Part shown: piece by piece, positions 1-7,952 of the stretch | How positions within the stretch are numbered: position 1 is the first letter of the stretch | How the letters are laid out: each line of letters opens with the position of its first letter | DNA from: a virus | Virus record (IMG/VR): IMGVR_UViG_3300005298_000004 | DNA: 23,262 nt | Reading direction: 5' to 3' (one strand) | Position numbers and translations under genes: made by a program | The notes under the pieces: generated by a model | What the model was told of the DNA's origin: nothing | Database searches by the model: none | The model's input: only the letters and a program-made list of their open reading frames with translations

Positions 1-770
1 AGTAGTAATTTAATTTCTTCATCCGTGAAACCCTTGTTCTTCAACACATCATACCTCTTTTTCTCCAATTTCAGGAAGTCAGGGATATCGAGGGTTGGGT
101 CGATTTCAATCAAATTAGCTGATAAGCTGGGTCTGAACGGGTCATCATCGCTACCGCTACCTGCAACATCGACTTCGACAATTGCTAACGCTGGTGGTGA
201 TGGAGATGCTGGAGCTAAAAGTCTTGCGGTTATTCCATCTCCATGTGCCACATCATTCTTGCACCAGAGAGATACACCAAATCTGCCAGATGCAAATGTT
301 GTATCTGTGACAGTGAATTTGGGAGTGGTCATGTCTTCACGAAAGCCCTTTAGTGTAGAACCAGAGACAGAACCCTTGTTCTCATAACTATCCTTTACAT
401 TGAGATCTACAGCTTCATATGCGAGAATAGCTCCACCTGCATCTGTGCTTACGGATAGTAAATAGTCTTGTGTTGTATGACCATACCATATCCTGAAGAA
501 GTAGAAATTGAGATAACTATTCCACCTTACATATTGACCTGGGTAATATCCAGCTACGTTTGCTCCCCAAACTGCTTTATCTGTAAAAACATCAACTGTT
601 AGCAGTCCAACTGACGTTCTGGCCGGATATGGTCTTGCCTTGTCTATTGCTGTTAAATAAGTAAGACTAACATCCTCAGTCGGATACTCAAGCTTTTTTC
701 TGATTATGCTTTTATCTGGATGGTCAATCGGTATTTTTCGTCTATGAGCTTCGATTACGAATTCAGTCAT
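1..770 (-). CDS. Truncated (>256 aa) putative virion/adhesin protein with probable ConA-like beta-sandwich; absent from the ORF track because its stop lies outside the window
   Basis: Manual translation from ATG at 770 (SD GAGGTGA upstream) is open to base 1: MTEFVIEAHRRKIPIDHPDKSIIRKKLEYPT...FTVTDTTFASGRFGVSLW...GFTDEEIKLL. TDTTFASGRFGV resembles the end of ConA/LamG-like domains. Confidence 0.8.
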   Translation of the reverse strand, partial: MTEFVIEAHRRKIPIDHPDKSIIRKKLEYPTEDVSLTYLTAIDKARPYPARTSVGLLTVDVFTDKAVWGANVAGYYPGQYVRWNSYLNFYFFRIWYGHTTQDYLLSVSTDAGGAILAYEAVDLNVKDSYENKGSVSGSTLKGFREDMTTPKFTVTDTTFASGRFGVSLWCKNDVAHGDGITARLLAPASPSPPALAIVEVDVAGSGSDDDPFRPSLSANLIEIDPTLDIPDFLKLEKKRYDVLKNKGFTDEEIKLL

Positions 771-781
771 AACTTATCACC

Positions 782-1150
782 TCATACAACGCCGAAATTA
801 AGCTTAACAAAATAATATGGAAACTGCCTTAACGTTCCAGCTGTTTGAGTGATTTGAACTTTGTATTTGCCATCGCTTTTTATTATCTTCGAATTGAATC
901 TTATAATCGGCTCTTCTTGAGCATCCTTAAAGGTTGCATATATGTATAAATTCTGATTCGTTCCATCTACAGCTATAAATTCTTCAATCATTACTTCATC
1001 ACCAGTCAGCATTGGTGAAAGGTCAATATAACCTTCAATAACGTATTCATCAGGTTGAGAAGGTATATTCACCACTATAGCTGGAGTTCCTAATTCGATA
1101 GGTGTTGCAAGACCTGATAGAACCTCTTTACTTGAGACTATTACTGTCAT
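782..1150 (-). CDS. Hypothetical 122-aa beta-rich virion protein
   Basis: In-operon ORF; its stop overlaps the SD of the next gene; beta-strand-like composition. Confidence 0.75.
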   Translation of the reverse strand: MTVIVSSKEVLSGLATPIELGTPAIVVNIPSQPDEYVIEGYIDLSPMLTGDEVMIEEFIAVDGTNQNLYIYATFKDAQEEPIIRFNSKIIKSDGKYKVQITQTAGTLRQFPYYFVKLNFGVV

Positions 1151-1158
1151 ATTTTACG

Positions 1159-1692
1159 TTAGCTGAGGCTTAATTCTACAGTAAAAATCCATGTAGTGCC
1201 TTGAACTTTTGTTCCGAGGCTTTCAACTTTTCTGTTTAAATTTATATATTCATCACCTGCACCATTTGCAACTGTCCATTCGTTCCAGGGAAAATTGGCT
1301 TCATCAGCACCAAAAGTGGCTCTAAAAACGACTTTTTGATTACTACCGTATATCGGATATCCATCATCCATTCCTTTATAATACTTATTAGTTCCCTGTA
1401 AACCGGTTTGTGAAGGGTCTGCTGGAGTCGTTCCATCACCAACGCCTATATGTGCGTTCGCATTATCGAATGGCGTAAATGTGCCTCCGCAAACTGCAGT
1501 CCATATTAAGTTAATTCCTTCATTAAGAAAGATGTTTCCATGAATTACCTTTTCTTCAATGAAATTTTCAGCATATGCTTTTTTCAAAAATTCAATCGGT
1601 TTACCTGCTTTAGCTAACTTTTCTATTGCTCCTGCTGAATCTATAAATTTAGTTATAATAAAGGTCGATTTAACTTTTCCTTTTTCATTCAT
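1159..1692 (-). CDS. Tail-collar/fibre-attachment-like structural protein (177 aa from ATG 1692; ORF track uses 1701)
   Basis: Motifs IGVGDGTT, FRATFGADEANFPWNEW, LNRKVESLGTK resemble phage minor tail/collar proteins. ATG 1692 lies about 26 nt from a BRE-TATA, fitting a leaderless start. Confidence 0.65.
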   Translation of the reverse strand: MNEKGKVKSTFIITKFIDSAGAIEKLAKAGKPIEFLKKAYAENFIEEKVIHGNIFLNEGINLIWTAVCGGTFTPFDNANAHIGVGDGTTPADPSQTGLQGTNKYYKGMDDGYPIYGSNQKVVFRATFGADEANFPWNEWTVANGAGDEYINLNRKVESLGTKVQGTTWIFTVELSLS

Positions 1693-1712
1693 ATTATACA
1701 TTATACGATTGA

Positions 1713-1730
1713 TATTTATAACTTTTTCTC
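1713..1730 (-). promoter_or_regulatory. Archaeal BRE-TATA promoter (GAGAAAAAG-TTATAAATA)
   Basis: Purine run plus TATA box about 26 nt upstream of ATG 1692; overlaps the stop codon of the 707-aa gene. Confidence 0.6.
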
Positions 1731-3852
1731 AAAATCTGATAATCCAATTCATGTTAGCACCCTGACCATATTTAAGTTTCCACTTTGTATTTATTGTATT
1801 TACATCGAAATGGTCGAAGAACTCAAATACTTCTTCTGGTGCTTCTTCGCTTTCAGCTTTTGGATTTCCGTAATACATGAAAATATCCGTTTCACCAACT
1901 GGTAGATAATCAACTTTAACCCAAATCCAGCTTTCACCTTGAGGATTCCATAACTCAATCCAATACGGCAATTTTGTAATTCCATTATCTTTTGTGAATC
2001 TAATATCGCTTCCATCAGGCTTTACTTTAGAATAATCGAAATTCTGAGGTGTTAATTTGATTAAAATTTGATAATCATAAACTTCTTGTGCTGTATTCGT
2101 TATAGTAATTTTTCTGCGATATTTGAAGCCATATAACCAAAGGATGTATTCAAACTCATAACCTGTCTGAATTGTTGAAGTTTTATCTAAAGATGAAGTA
2201 GTTTTATAAAATGGTGTAGATATTATTAACGGTTTATCATAACTTTCTAAAGTCTTTTCTAAAACTGCTTCAGAGCTGTAAACTTCGAAATCGAGCGATT
2301 GTAAATATCGCTCTAAAATGAGCTGAGTTAAAGCATCTAAATCATAGCTTTCGAAAGTTCTATCGTAAATTAACTGATAAACTAAATCGAGATTATAGCT
2401 TTCTAAAGTTCTTTCTAAAAGCAAATAACTTACGAGTTGTAAATCGTAACTTTCTAACGTTAAAGCTGATTCGAGCATCGATTGAATAAATAAATCGTAT
2501 GAATCGATGATTAATTCTGATACAATTTCTGGAAATACGATTAATTCGAAATATTGCGGAAAATCGTATTCTATTATAGGAATACCATAACCAGTTAAAG
2601 TTACTGGAAAATCGAATGGAAACATAATTTGTATTGATATATCTGATGTATAAAGAAATTCATCATGTTCTGTTTTTGTTTTAATTTCGTATGAAACTAT
2701 TGGCTCAATCCATAAATCATTAAAAGAATAAAGCTGTATTAATCTACTGATTTCTTCAATTGTATAATCAAAATTCAAATATGCATTTAAATCGTATGAA
2801 ATAAATTCTGGAAAATCATGCAATAAAGTAATATCTGCAAAAGCCTCTATTAATTCAGGAAAATCATGTAATAAAATAATATCCGCAAAAGCTTCTATTA
2901 ATTCGGGAAAATCATGTAACGTTGATATATCTACAAAATCTGTTATTATTTCTGGAAAATTAAATTCTGTTTTTACATAAGTCGAATAATCAATTGTATA
3001 AAGTGTTACGTCAATCATCGATATGATGTTTATTATAGATTCAATTACGTCGATATTTACTGAAACTATCGTATTTATTTCATTAAGAATGTTTAAACTA
3101 TCGATAACAATATTACATAAAGTTGTTATGATGCTTAATACATCTAAAGATGCTATAATCGGCTCTAATAAAGCAATTAAATTCGCAAAATAACTTAATG
3201 ATTCAATTGTAGTTGATGCTTTAACAATTGGTTTAATCGTATATTCAAGTAATGCAGTCGTTAAATCGTATTCTGAATATAATTCTACAGCTATTTCTTC
3301 GATTATTACTATATATCTAAATATAAATCTCAAAAGTTGTTTTAAAGCATCTATTTTTGTGTTATAATGAAATGATAAAACTGGCTCACCATAATTCACA
3401 TAATTCAACATTTTTATATACGTATCAAGAGTTATTAATTCAATTTCTGGAACAGAATTTGCTATACAATTTCTTGCTGATTTAATTGCATCTACTACAA
3501 GATTATGGTCTTCTGGCAGAATTATATCGCCTTTATGAACATATCTGATTCTACTTACAATTTCTGAAAAATCAGAACATGGATAATATGTTTGAAAAAC
3601 GATATCAACTAATTTTAAAGTATCAACTATTACATTTTGATCTCTAATTTTTACGAAATCACCAAAACCGACATAATTATATAATTTAGTTAGTGCTATT
3701 AAATTATCTATTACGGCTTCAAATCCTTCTAAATGCTTACCAATCTTTAAGTCTATACCTAAAGCTAAATCGTTAGAATAAATTTGTCTAAAAACAGTTA
3801 ATTCATAAGAATACGCTTCATCATAACTTAATATTTCTGATTCTAAAGACAT
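1729..3852 (-). CDS. 707-aa fibre-like virion protein: N-terminal GD-x-I..N motifs, repeat shaft, C-terminal DUF2341 domain
   Basis: C-terminus FKYRRKITIT...DGSDIRFT...LPYWIE.W...WIWVKV...MYYGNP...FEFFDHF matches the DUF2341 pattern; 16-aa and 17-aa repeats in the middle. Confidence 0.85.
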   Translation of the reverse strand: MSLESEILSYDEAYSYELTVFRQIYSNDLALGIDLKIGKHLEGFEAVIDNLIALTKLYNYVGFGDFVKIRDQNVIVDTLKLVDIVFQTYYPCSDFSEIVSRIRYVHKGDIILPEDHNLVVDAIKSARNCIANSVPEIELITLDTYIKMLNYVNYGEPVLSFHYNTKIDALKQLLRFIFRYIVIIEEIAVELYSEYDLTTALLEYTIKPIVKASTTIESLSYFANLIALLEPIIASLDVLSIITTLCNIVIDSLNILNEINTIVSVNIDVIESIINIISMIDVTLYTIDYSTYVKTEFNFPEIITDFVDISTLHDFPELIEAFADIILLHDFPELIEAFADITLLHDFPEFISYDLNAYLNFDYTIEEISRLIQLYSFNDLWIEPIVSYEIKTKTEHDEFLYTSDISIQIMFPFDFPVTLTGYGIPIIEYDFPQYFELIVFPEIVSELIIDSYDLFIQSMLESALTLESYDLQLVSYLLLERTLESYNLDLVYQLIYDRTFESYDLDALTQLILERYLQSLDFEVYSSEAVLEKTLESYDKPLIISTPFYKTTSSLDKTSTIQTGYEFEYILWLYGFKYRRKITITNTAQEVYDYQILIKLTPQNFDYSKVKPDGSDIRFTKDNGITKLPYWIELWNPQGESWIWVKVDYLPVGETDIFMYYGNPKAESEEAPEEVFEFFDHFDVNTINTKWKLKYGQGANMNWIIRF
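2181..2510 (-). repeat. Coding tandem repeat, about 17-aa period (TLESYD-type), 5-6 copies
   Basis: TLESYDLQLVSYLLLER / TLESYNLDLVYQLIYDR / TFESYDLDALTQLILER / YLQSLDFEVYSSEAVLEK / TLESYDKPLIISTPFYK. Confidence 0.85.
2804..2961 (-). repeat. 48-bp (16-aa) coding tandem repeat, 3 copies plus a partial copy
   Basis: Units at 2804-2851, 2852-2899, 2900-2947 encode LHDFPELIEAFADIxL-type repeats. Units 1 and 2 differ at 5 nt, 4 of them synonymous. Confidence 0.9.
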
Positions 3853-3870
3853 TTAAAAAAATAAAAAATA

Positions 3871-4572
3871 TCACGCTGTTACCTTAAAGATATATCTAAC
3901 TGTTAGCGTTGCGTCTACTGGAACATTTTGTGGAGTTGAAAGAACATCTCTGGCTATTAAAACGTATTTACCTTGAGCTTTTGCTATTATGCCTATTTCT
4001 CTTATAGTTATTGTATCCGAACTTTCATTAGTGAATGTTCTGATTATTCTAAAAACAGAATCTGGTGGATTTCCATCAACATCTTCAACAGTTGTTTTTC
4101 CGTAAACCATTTGACCATCTTCAAAACCATCTGAAATTTGCTGTTCTAATTTAAAATCGTCTCTTGATACTGAAGCTGAACCAATACCGACTACAACGCC
4201 ATAAGTATCTGTTCTTTCAATAGCGGCTACTTCTAATGCTGATGGTGCATATCTGGCTTCGCCAGCATACATAAGAGATGGATATTGAAAAGTTGAACCA
4301 TCAGTAGCGGTTAAAGTTACTTTTACACTCCATTCAGATTGCGATATAACTCCTGCGATATTTCCAGCCATAAGTGCTCTTAACATCAATGCAAAATTCT
4401 TCAATAAAGAACGACTTCTATCAAATTGCGTAGATATCAGATTTCCTTCTCTGTCTCTTACTTCAATTTCGTAAAAAAGGTCGAGATTCGCTCCAGAACT
4501 CATGTTCTTATCATTCGTTTCACCTTTAATATCTATTTCTCCTTTTTGAATAACTAATTTATTTACAGTCAT
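3871..4572 (-). CDS. 233-aa tail-collar/fibre-attachment-like structural protein
   Basis: GVVVGIG...D.KL...I, RTFTNESSDTITIREIGI, LIARDVL...V...LTVRY pattern; same general family as the 1159-1692 protein. Confidence 0.65.
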   Translation of the reverse strand: MTVNKLVIQKGEIDIKGETNDKNMSSGANLDLFYEIEVRDREGNLISTQFDRSRSLLKNFALMLRALMAGNIAGVISQSEWSVKVTLTATDGSTFQYPSLMYAGEARYAPSALEVAAIERTDTYGVVVGIGSASVSRDDFKLEQQISDGFEDGQMVYGKTTVEDVDGNPPDSVFRIIRTFTNESSDTITIREIGIIAKAQGKYVLIARDVLSTPQNVPVDATLTVRYIFKVTA

Positions 4573-4594
4573 ACATTAATTTATGATACTTAAG

Positions 4595-4611
4595 TAAATA
4601 AAAAGTTTTCT
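4595..4611 (-). promoter_or_regulatory. BRE-TATA promoter (GAAAAC-TTTTTATTT)
   Basis: About 27 nt upstream of ATG 4572. Confidence 0.5.
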
Positions 4612-5960
4612 CACCATTCGATTTGTGATTGTTCTTCTTGTTTAATCGATATTACTGGACAAGGTTCAAGATGTTTTCTTACGAATAACCAATCATAATA
4701 AACTTCCTGCACAAAATAAGATAAATCTTCATTACATGCTCCAATTACAATCTTAAGATTTGTGTTATGGCCTTCGGAATAAGCTGAACTTGCAATTAAG
4801 GTTCTTTTTTCATCAAAAACTTCATAAATCGTTTCATCAGGTTTTTGTATTATTTTAAAAACATACCATTTATTTGATTCAAATTCTTTACTCATTGATT
4901 GATTTCGTAACGAAGTATCAGCATCTCTGAAGCCCCACGCAAATATACCTTTAAATGGATTATTCGATAAATCTCCAGCCCCCCAAGCGTGTAGATAGCT
5001 TCCATAAGCATCTGCAGGATGATAATCTAACTTATCAGCATGATATAGGTCAAGTCTTGCGTCATGGTCTTTTGCAGTCCTGGGTGATAACTTTGCTTCA
5101 ACAATAAATGGTGATGTAAAATCATTTATGCTGTATATATTTACGAAACCATATATATTAAATGCAAAGTATAATATTTTGATACAGCTATCCTCAAAGC
5201 GTATTATAATTCTATCTATGCCTAATCGTTCATCTATTACCTCAATATATCTTTCAATCAGCTTATCGAAAGCTGATGCGATGTCTGTTAGAATAAATCT
5301 TCTTTCAGGCAGATATTCGTATAAAGTTGCGATATCTGTTGCTTTTATTATAAGATTCGCAAAATCAAACGTTTGTGCATAATCTGATGATGGAAATTCT
5401 TTAATGTATAGTTCAAGTGCACTCGAAAAGTCTGAAGCTGAAAAAGTTCTATCACTAAGTTTTTCAACTAATACGGCTACATCAACAGATTCTAACGATT
5501 TAAAGTATACCTCAAATCCGATAGCGATATCATAAGCAATTATATTTAGAATTGAGTAAATTTCTGCAAACTCTGCAAAATCGAATGCTTCTTTAATGAA
5601 ATAAGCTAAATCAAAAGCAGTAGCTAAATCGTAAGATGAAAAAGCAATAGATGAAGCTACATCAGTTAAAACACCATATTCATAAGCTATGAATCCTCTT
5701 GCACCAAGAGTTTCTATTAACGTTGCGAAATCTGCTGTTAATACGTTTTGAAGAGATGATTCAGAAATTTGTGCAATATCAAATCCATATGGTGTTATAA
5801 ATGCTAAATCAATTAATTCTATAGCCCAATCTGATACTGGCGAAAGTTGAGTTGATATTGATTTATCAATTCCGTATGCCCAATCAGATGAAAATAACTC
5901 TACAGGTCTTACCGGTGTCGAAAAAGCTGGTAATATTGCTGGAAATACGTCGAAAACCAT
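4611..5960 (-). CDS. 449-aa fibre-like virion protein: degenerate D-x-A repeat shaft plus C-terminal ConA-like domain of the type that normally follows DUF2341
   Basis: Ends with YDWLFVRKHLEPCPVISIKQEE, the characteristic C-terminal signature of DUF2341-containing proteins; N-terminal 250 aa carry recurring D[IFWYLV]A motifs. Confidence 0.8.
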   Translation of the reverse strand: MVFDVFPAILPAFSTPVRPVELFSSDWAYGIDKSISTQLSPVSDWAIELIDLAFITPYGFDIAQISESSLQNVLTADFATLIETLGARGFIAYEYGVLTDVASSIAFSSYDLATAFDLAYFIKEAFDFAEFAEIYSILNIIAYDIAIGFEVYFKSLESVDVAVLVEKLSDRTFSASDFSSALELYIKEFPSSDYAQTFDFANLIIKATDIATLYEYLPERRFILTDIASAFDKLIERYIEVIDERLGIDRIIIRFEDSCIKILYFAFNIYGFVNIYSINDFTSPFIVEAKLSPRTAKDHDARLDLYHADKLDYHPADAYGSYLHAWGAGDLSNNPFKGIFAWGFRDADTSLRNQSMSKEFESNKWYVFKIIQKPDETIYEVFDEKRTLIASSAYSEGHNTNLKIVIGACNEDLSYFVQEVYYDWLFVRKHLEPCPVISIKQEEQSQIEW

Positions 5961-5969
5961 AACAATTTA

Positions 5970-6185
5970 TTAATAGCCGTGATTTTTCATTCTTCCGTTT
6001 AAGGTATCTAATTTCTTTTCAATTTTCTCAAGACGATGCTCTATAAAAATTAATCTATCATCATGATTCTGCAACTTTTTTAAAGTTAATGAATAAAATT
6101 TGATAACTGCGGCAACTATAATTATTCCTACACTTATAATTTCCAGCATAATTAAAACCCAGCTTAAATAATTGCAATCCATCAT
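5970..6185 (-). CDS. Small membrane protein (one TM helix plus coiled coil); holin-like or envelope protein
   Basis: Hydrophobic WVLIMLEIISVGIIIVAAVIKFY followed by heptad-like RLIFIEHRLEKIEKKL; SD GAGGTGA. Confidence 0.75.
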   Translation of the reverse strand: MMDCNYLSWVLIMLEIISVGIIIVAAVIKFYSLTLKKLQNHDDRLIFIEHRLEKIEKKLDTLNGRMKNHGY

Positions 6186-6186
6186 C

Positions 6187-7017
6187 TCACCTCAAATAGT
6201 TTTTAACGTAATTTATGGAATCTCTTATCATATCATTTAACCAAACTGGTATATTATTTCTTTTAGATAAATCGATTAATCTTAACGAATTTATATCAAT
6301 CTTAAATGGAAGCTTATTGATATATTGCGATGGTCTTAAGATAAAATCATCAAAATCTATTACAATAATATTTGATTGCTGTTCAACAGCTTTTTTAGTT
6401 GCCATAATGTTAAAAACTATTTTATCTAAATTATGTCGTGAAAAATCTTCTTTAATGTTGTAATATTTCAATAAGTTTTCAAATACCTTATCGAAAAAGA
6501 ATCTTTCAATTGGTGTTTTACCCATCAACAATGTTTTTAACACTTCTGAATTAATAATTTCGTTATAAAAGAAGTGGTCTGCAATTATACGTTCTATACT
6601 TCTTGTTAAATGCAAAATCCAGCAATTATACCATTTTTTCATTTTATCTAAAAATAAATGCAATTGAGTTGATTTAATTACAACAGGCTTATCGAATTCA
6701 TCTAATGGTTGCAGTAAATATCTAATAGCACCTTCTGAAGTCATTATACCATGCTGTTTAGTGTCATTATCAAATACTTCAAAATGTCTTTTTATGAATT
6801 CATGCAATACTTTTTTCGGTAATCTGCAATAATCTTTAAAAATCTCCCATCCGTGTAAAGGATTGCAATTATTACATCCGTTCGCAAGAATATGGTCAAT
6901 GATTTCGTGTTGCGTTGGTTCACTAAGAACTATTAAATCAGGATTGCTTTCAGAACAAAGCAACTGCATGAATGTTGTTCCCGAACGATAATATCCGTTT
7001 ATTATTCCAACTATCAT
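6187..7017 (-). CDS. Sulfotransferase-family (PAPS-binding P-loop) protein
   Basis: N-terminal IINGYYRSGTTFMQLL plus downstream EP matches the 5'-PAPS-binding loop; LHLTRS is a candidate 3'-phosphate motif; SD GAGGTG. Confidence 0.7.
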   Translation of the reverse strand: MIVGIINGYYRSGTTFMQLLCSESNPDLIVLSEPTQHEIIDHILANGCNNCNPLHGWEIFKDYCRLPKKVLHEFIKRHFEVFDNDTKQHGIMTSEGAIRYLLQPLDEFDKPVVIKSTQLHLFLDKMKKWYNCWILHLTRSIERIIADHFFYNEIINSEVLKTLLMGKTPIERFFFDKVFENLLKYYNIKEDFSRHNLDKIVFNIMATKKAVEQQSNIIVIDFDDFILRPSQYINKLPFKIDINSLRLIDLSKRNNIPVWLNDMIRDSINYVKNYLR

Positions 7018-7034
7018 ATCTTACACCTCTTTCA

Positions 7035-7937
7035 TTAATCTTCCCACCATAATATTCTGATGCTTAAATCAATACTTGTTTGTGCTTTATTTACGAATTG
7101 AATCATAAAATTTCTTCCTTCAGGAATTATAATTCGTTCTCCAACTTCCGCCAAACTACCCATAGCATTAATTTTAGTTCCGCCATAAACAACTGTTTGA
7201 TGTGCTAAAGTTCCATTTGTGTATGTTCCATCAGTTTCAATAATACATGATGAAACATTTGTGCTACCTAAATTTAAATTCATTACATTAAGCTGTGTTC
7301 CTGCAGTTTCAATTGTAACATCCCTATAAATATCTACAAAGCCTTGTCCTGTCGCTATGATTTCTATAGCCACTATATATACTGTTTTACCACTACCACT
7401 TGGATTAGAAAACAGCATTTCGACTACAGTATCAGATGCGACATTTTCGAATCGCTTAGATACTGAAAAAGCTAATCCTTGTTCTATTCTTTCTTCAAAT
7501 CTCGAACCAACAGCAAAACTATTATCATTAAGCCTTAATGGAGAAGAACTCCAGCTTGTTATAGCATTCTGAACTGCTTCTTGAAGCTGACTTTTTGCGT
7601 AATCGAAAAATGAAGCTATATGAATTGGGTCTTCATCTTTAAGAACGGTTTTACCCTGAACTGTTAAGCTCTCACTAAATTCGCCTGTTCTCGAATTAAC
7701 GCTATCGAAATATCCCGAAGTTGCATGAACTTCTTTCAGCCGATAATCCGCAGTCCCTATGCTATATGCTGAATCCGAATCAGGAATTAAATCCTTATGT
7801 ATGTATCCATCGTAATCGATTGCACCGCCCTGTTCTATTAAAGATAAATACTCTACTAAATCGTTATACCAATCTTCAGTTATTACGTCTCCGGCTTCAA
7901 GCTTCAATCTCAATCTCAATTCTTCTAAACTCGTGAT
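7035..7937 (-). CDS. About 300-aa fibre/adhesin-like virion protein; start probably the non-canonical ATC at 7937 (ORF track uses TTG 7919)
   Basis: LEAGDVITEDWYNDLV attachment motif, LIPDSDSAYSIGTADYRLKEVH fibre-hinge motif, beta-rich C-terminal domain. SD GGAGGTGA lies 6 nt before the in-frame ATC. Confidence 0.75.
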   Translation of the reverse strand: MTSLEELRLRLKLEAGDVITEDWYNDLVEYLSLIEQGGAIDYDGYIHKDLIPDSDSAYSIGTADYRLKEVHATSGYFDSVNSRTGEFSESLTVQGKTVLKDEDPIHIASFFDYAKSQLQEAVQNAITSWSSSPLRLNDNSFAVGSRFEERIEQGLAFSVSKRFENVASDTVVEMLFSNPSGSGKTVYIVAIEIIATGQGFVDIYRDVTIETAGTQLNVMNLNLGSTNVSSCIIETDGTYTNGTLAHQTVVYGGTKINAMGSLAEVGERIIIPEGRNFMIQFVNKAQTSIDLSIRILWWED

Positions 7938-7952
7938 ATTTCATCACCTCCT

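Noticed and set aside
25-387. 120-aa plus-strand ORF in the track
   Set aside because: Antisense shadow of the longer SD-led minus-strand gene at 1-770.
1729-1734. +1 frameshift at UUU-UGA extending the 707-aa protein
   Set aside because: The shifted frame adds only EKKL before a stop, so it cannot restore the missing domain.
2804-2961. CRISPR array or DGR template/variable repeat
   Set aside because: Contiguous in-frame coding repeats without spacers; differences are not adenine-specific; no reverse transcriptase present.
1729-5210. Recent site-specific integration or excision at the two IIRF sites (SSV-like gene partition)
   Set aside because: Identity is at the amino-acid level; DNA shares only TTTGAG, and no integrase or recombinase is in the window.
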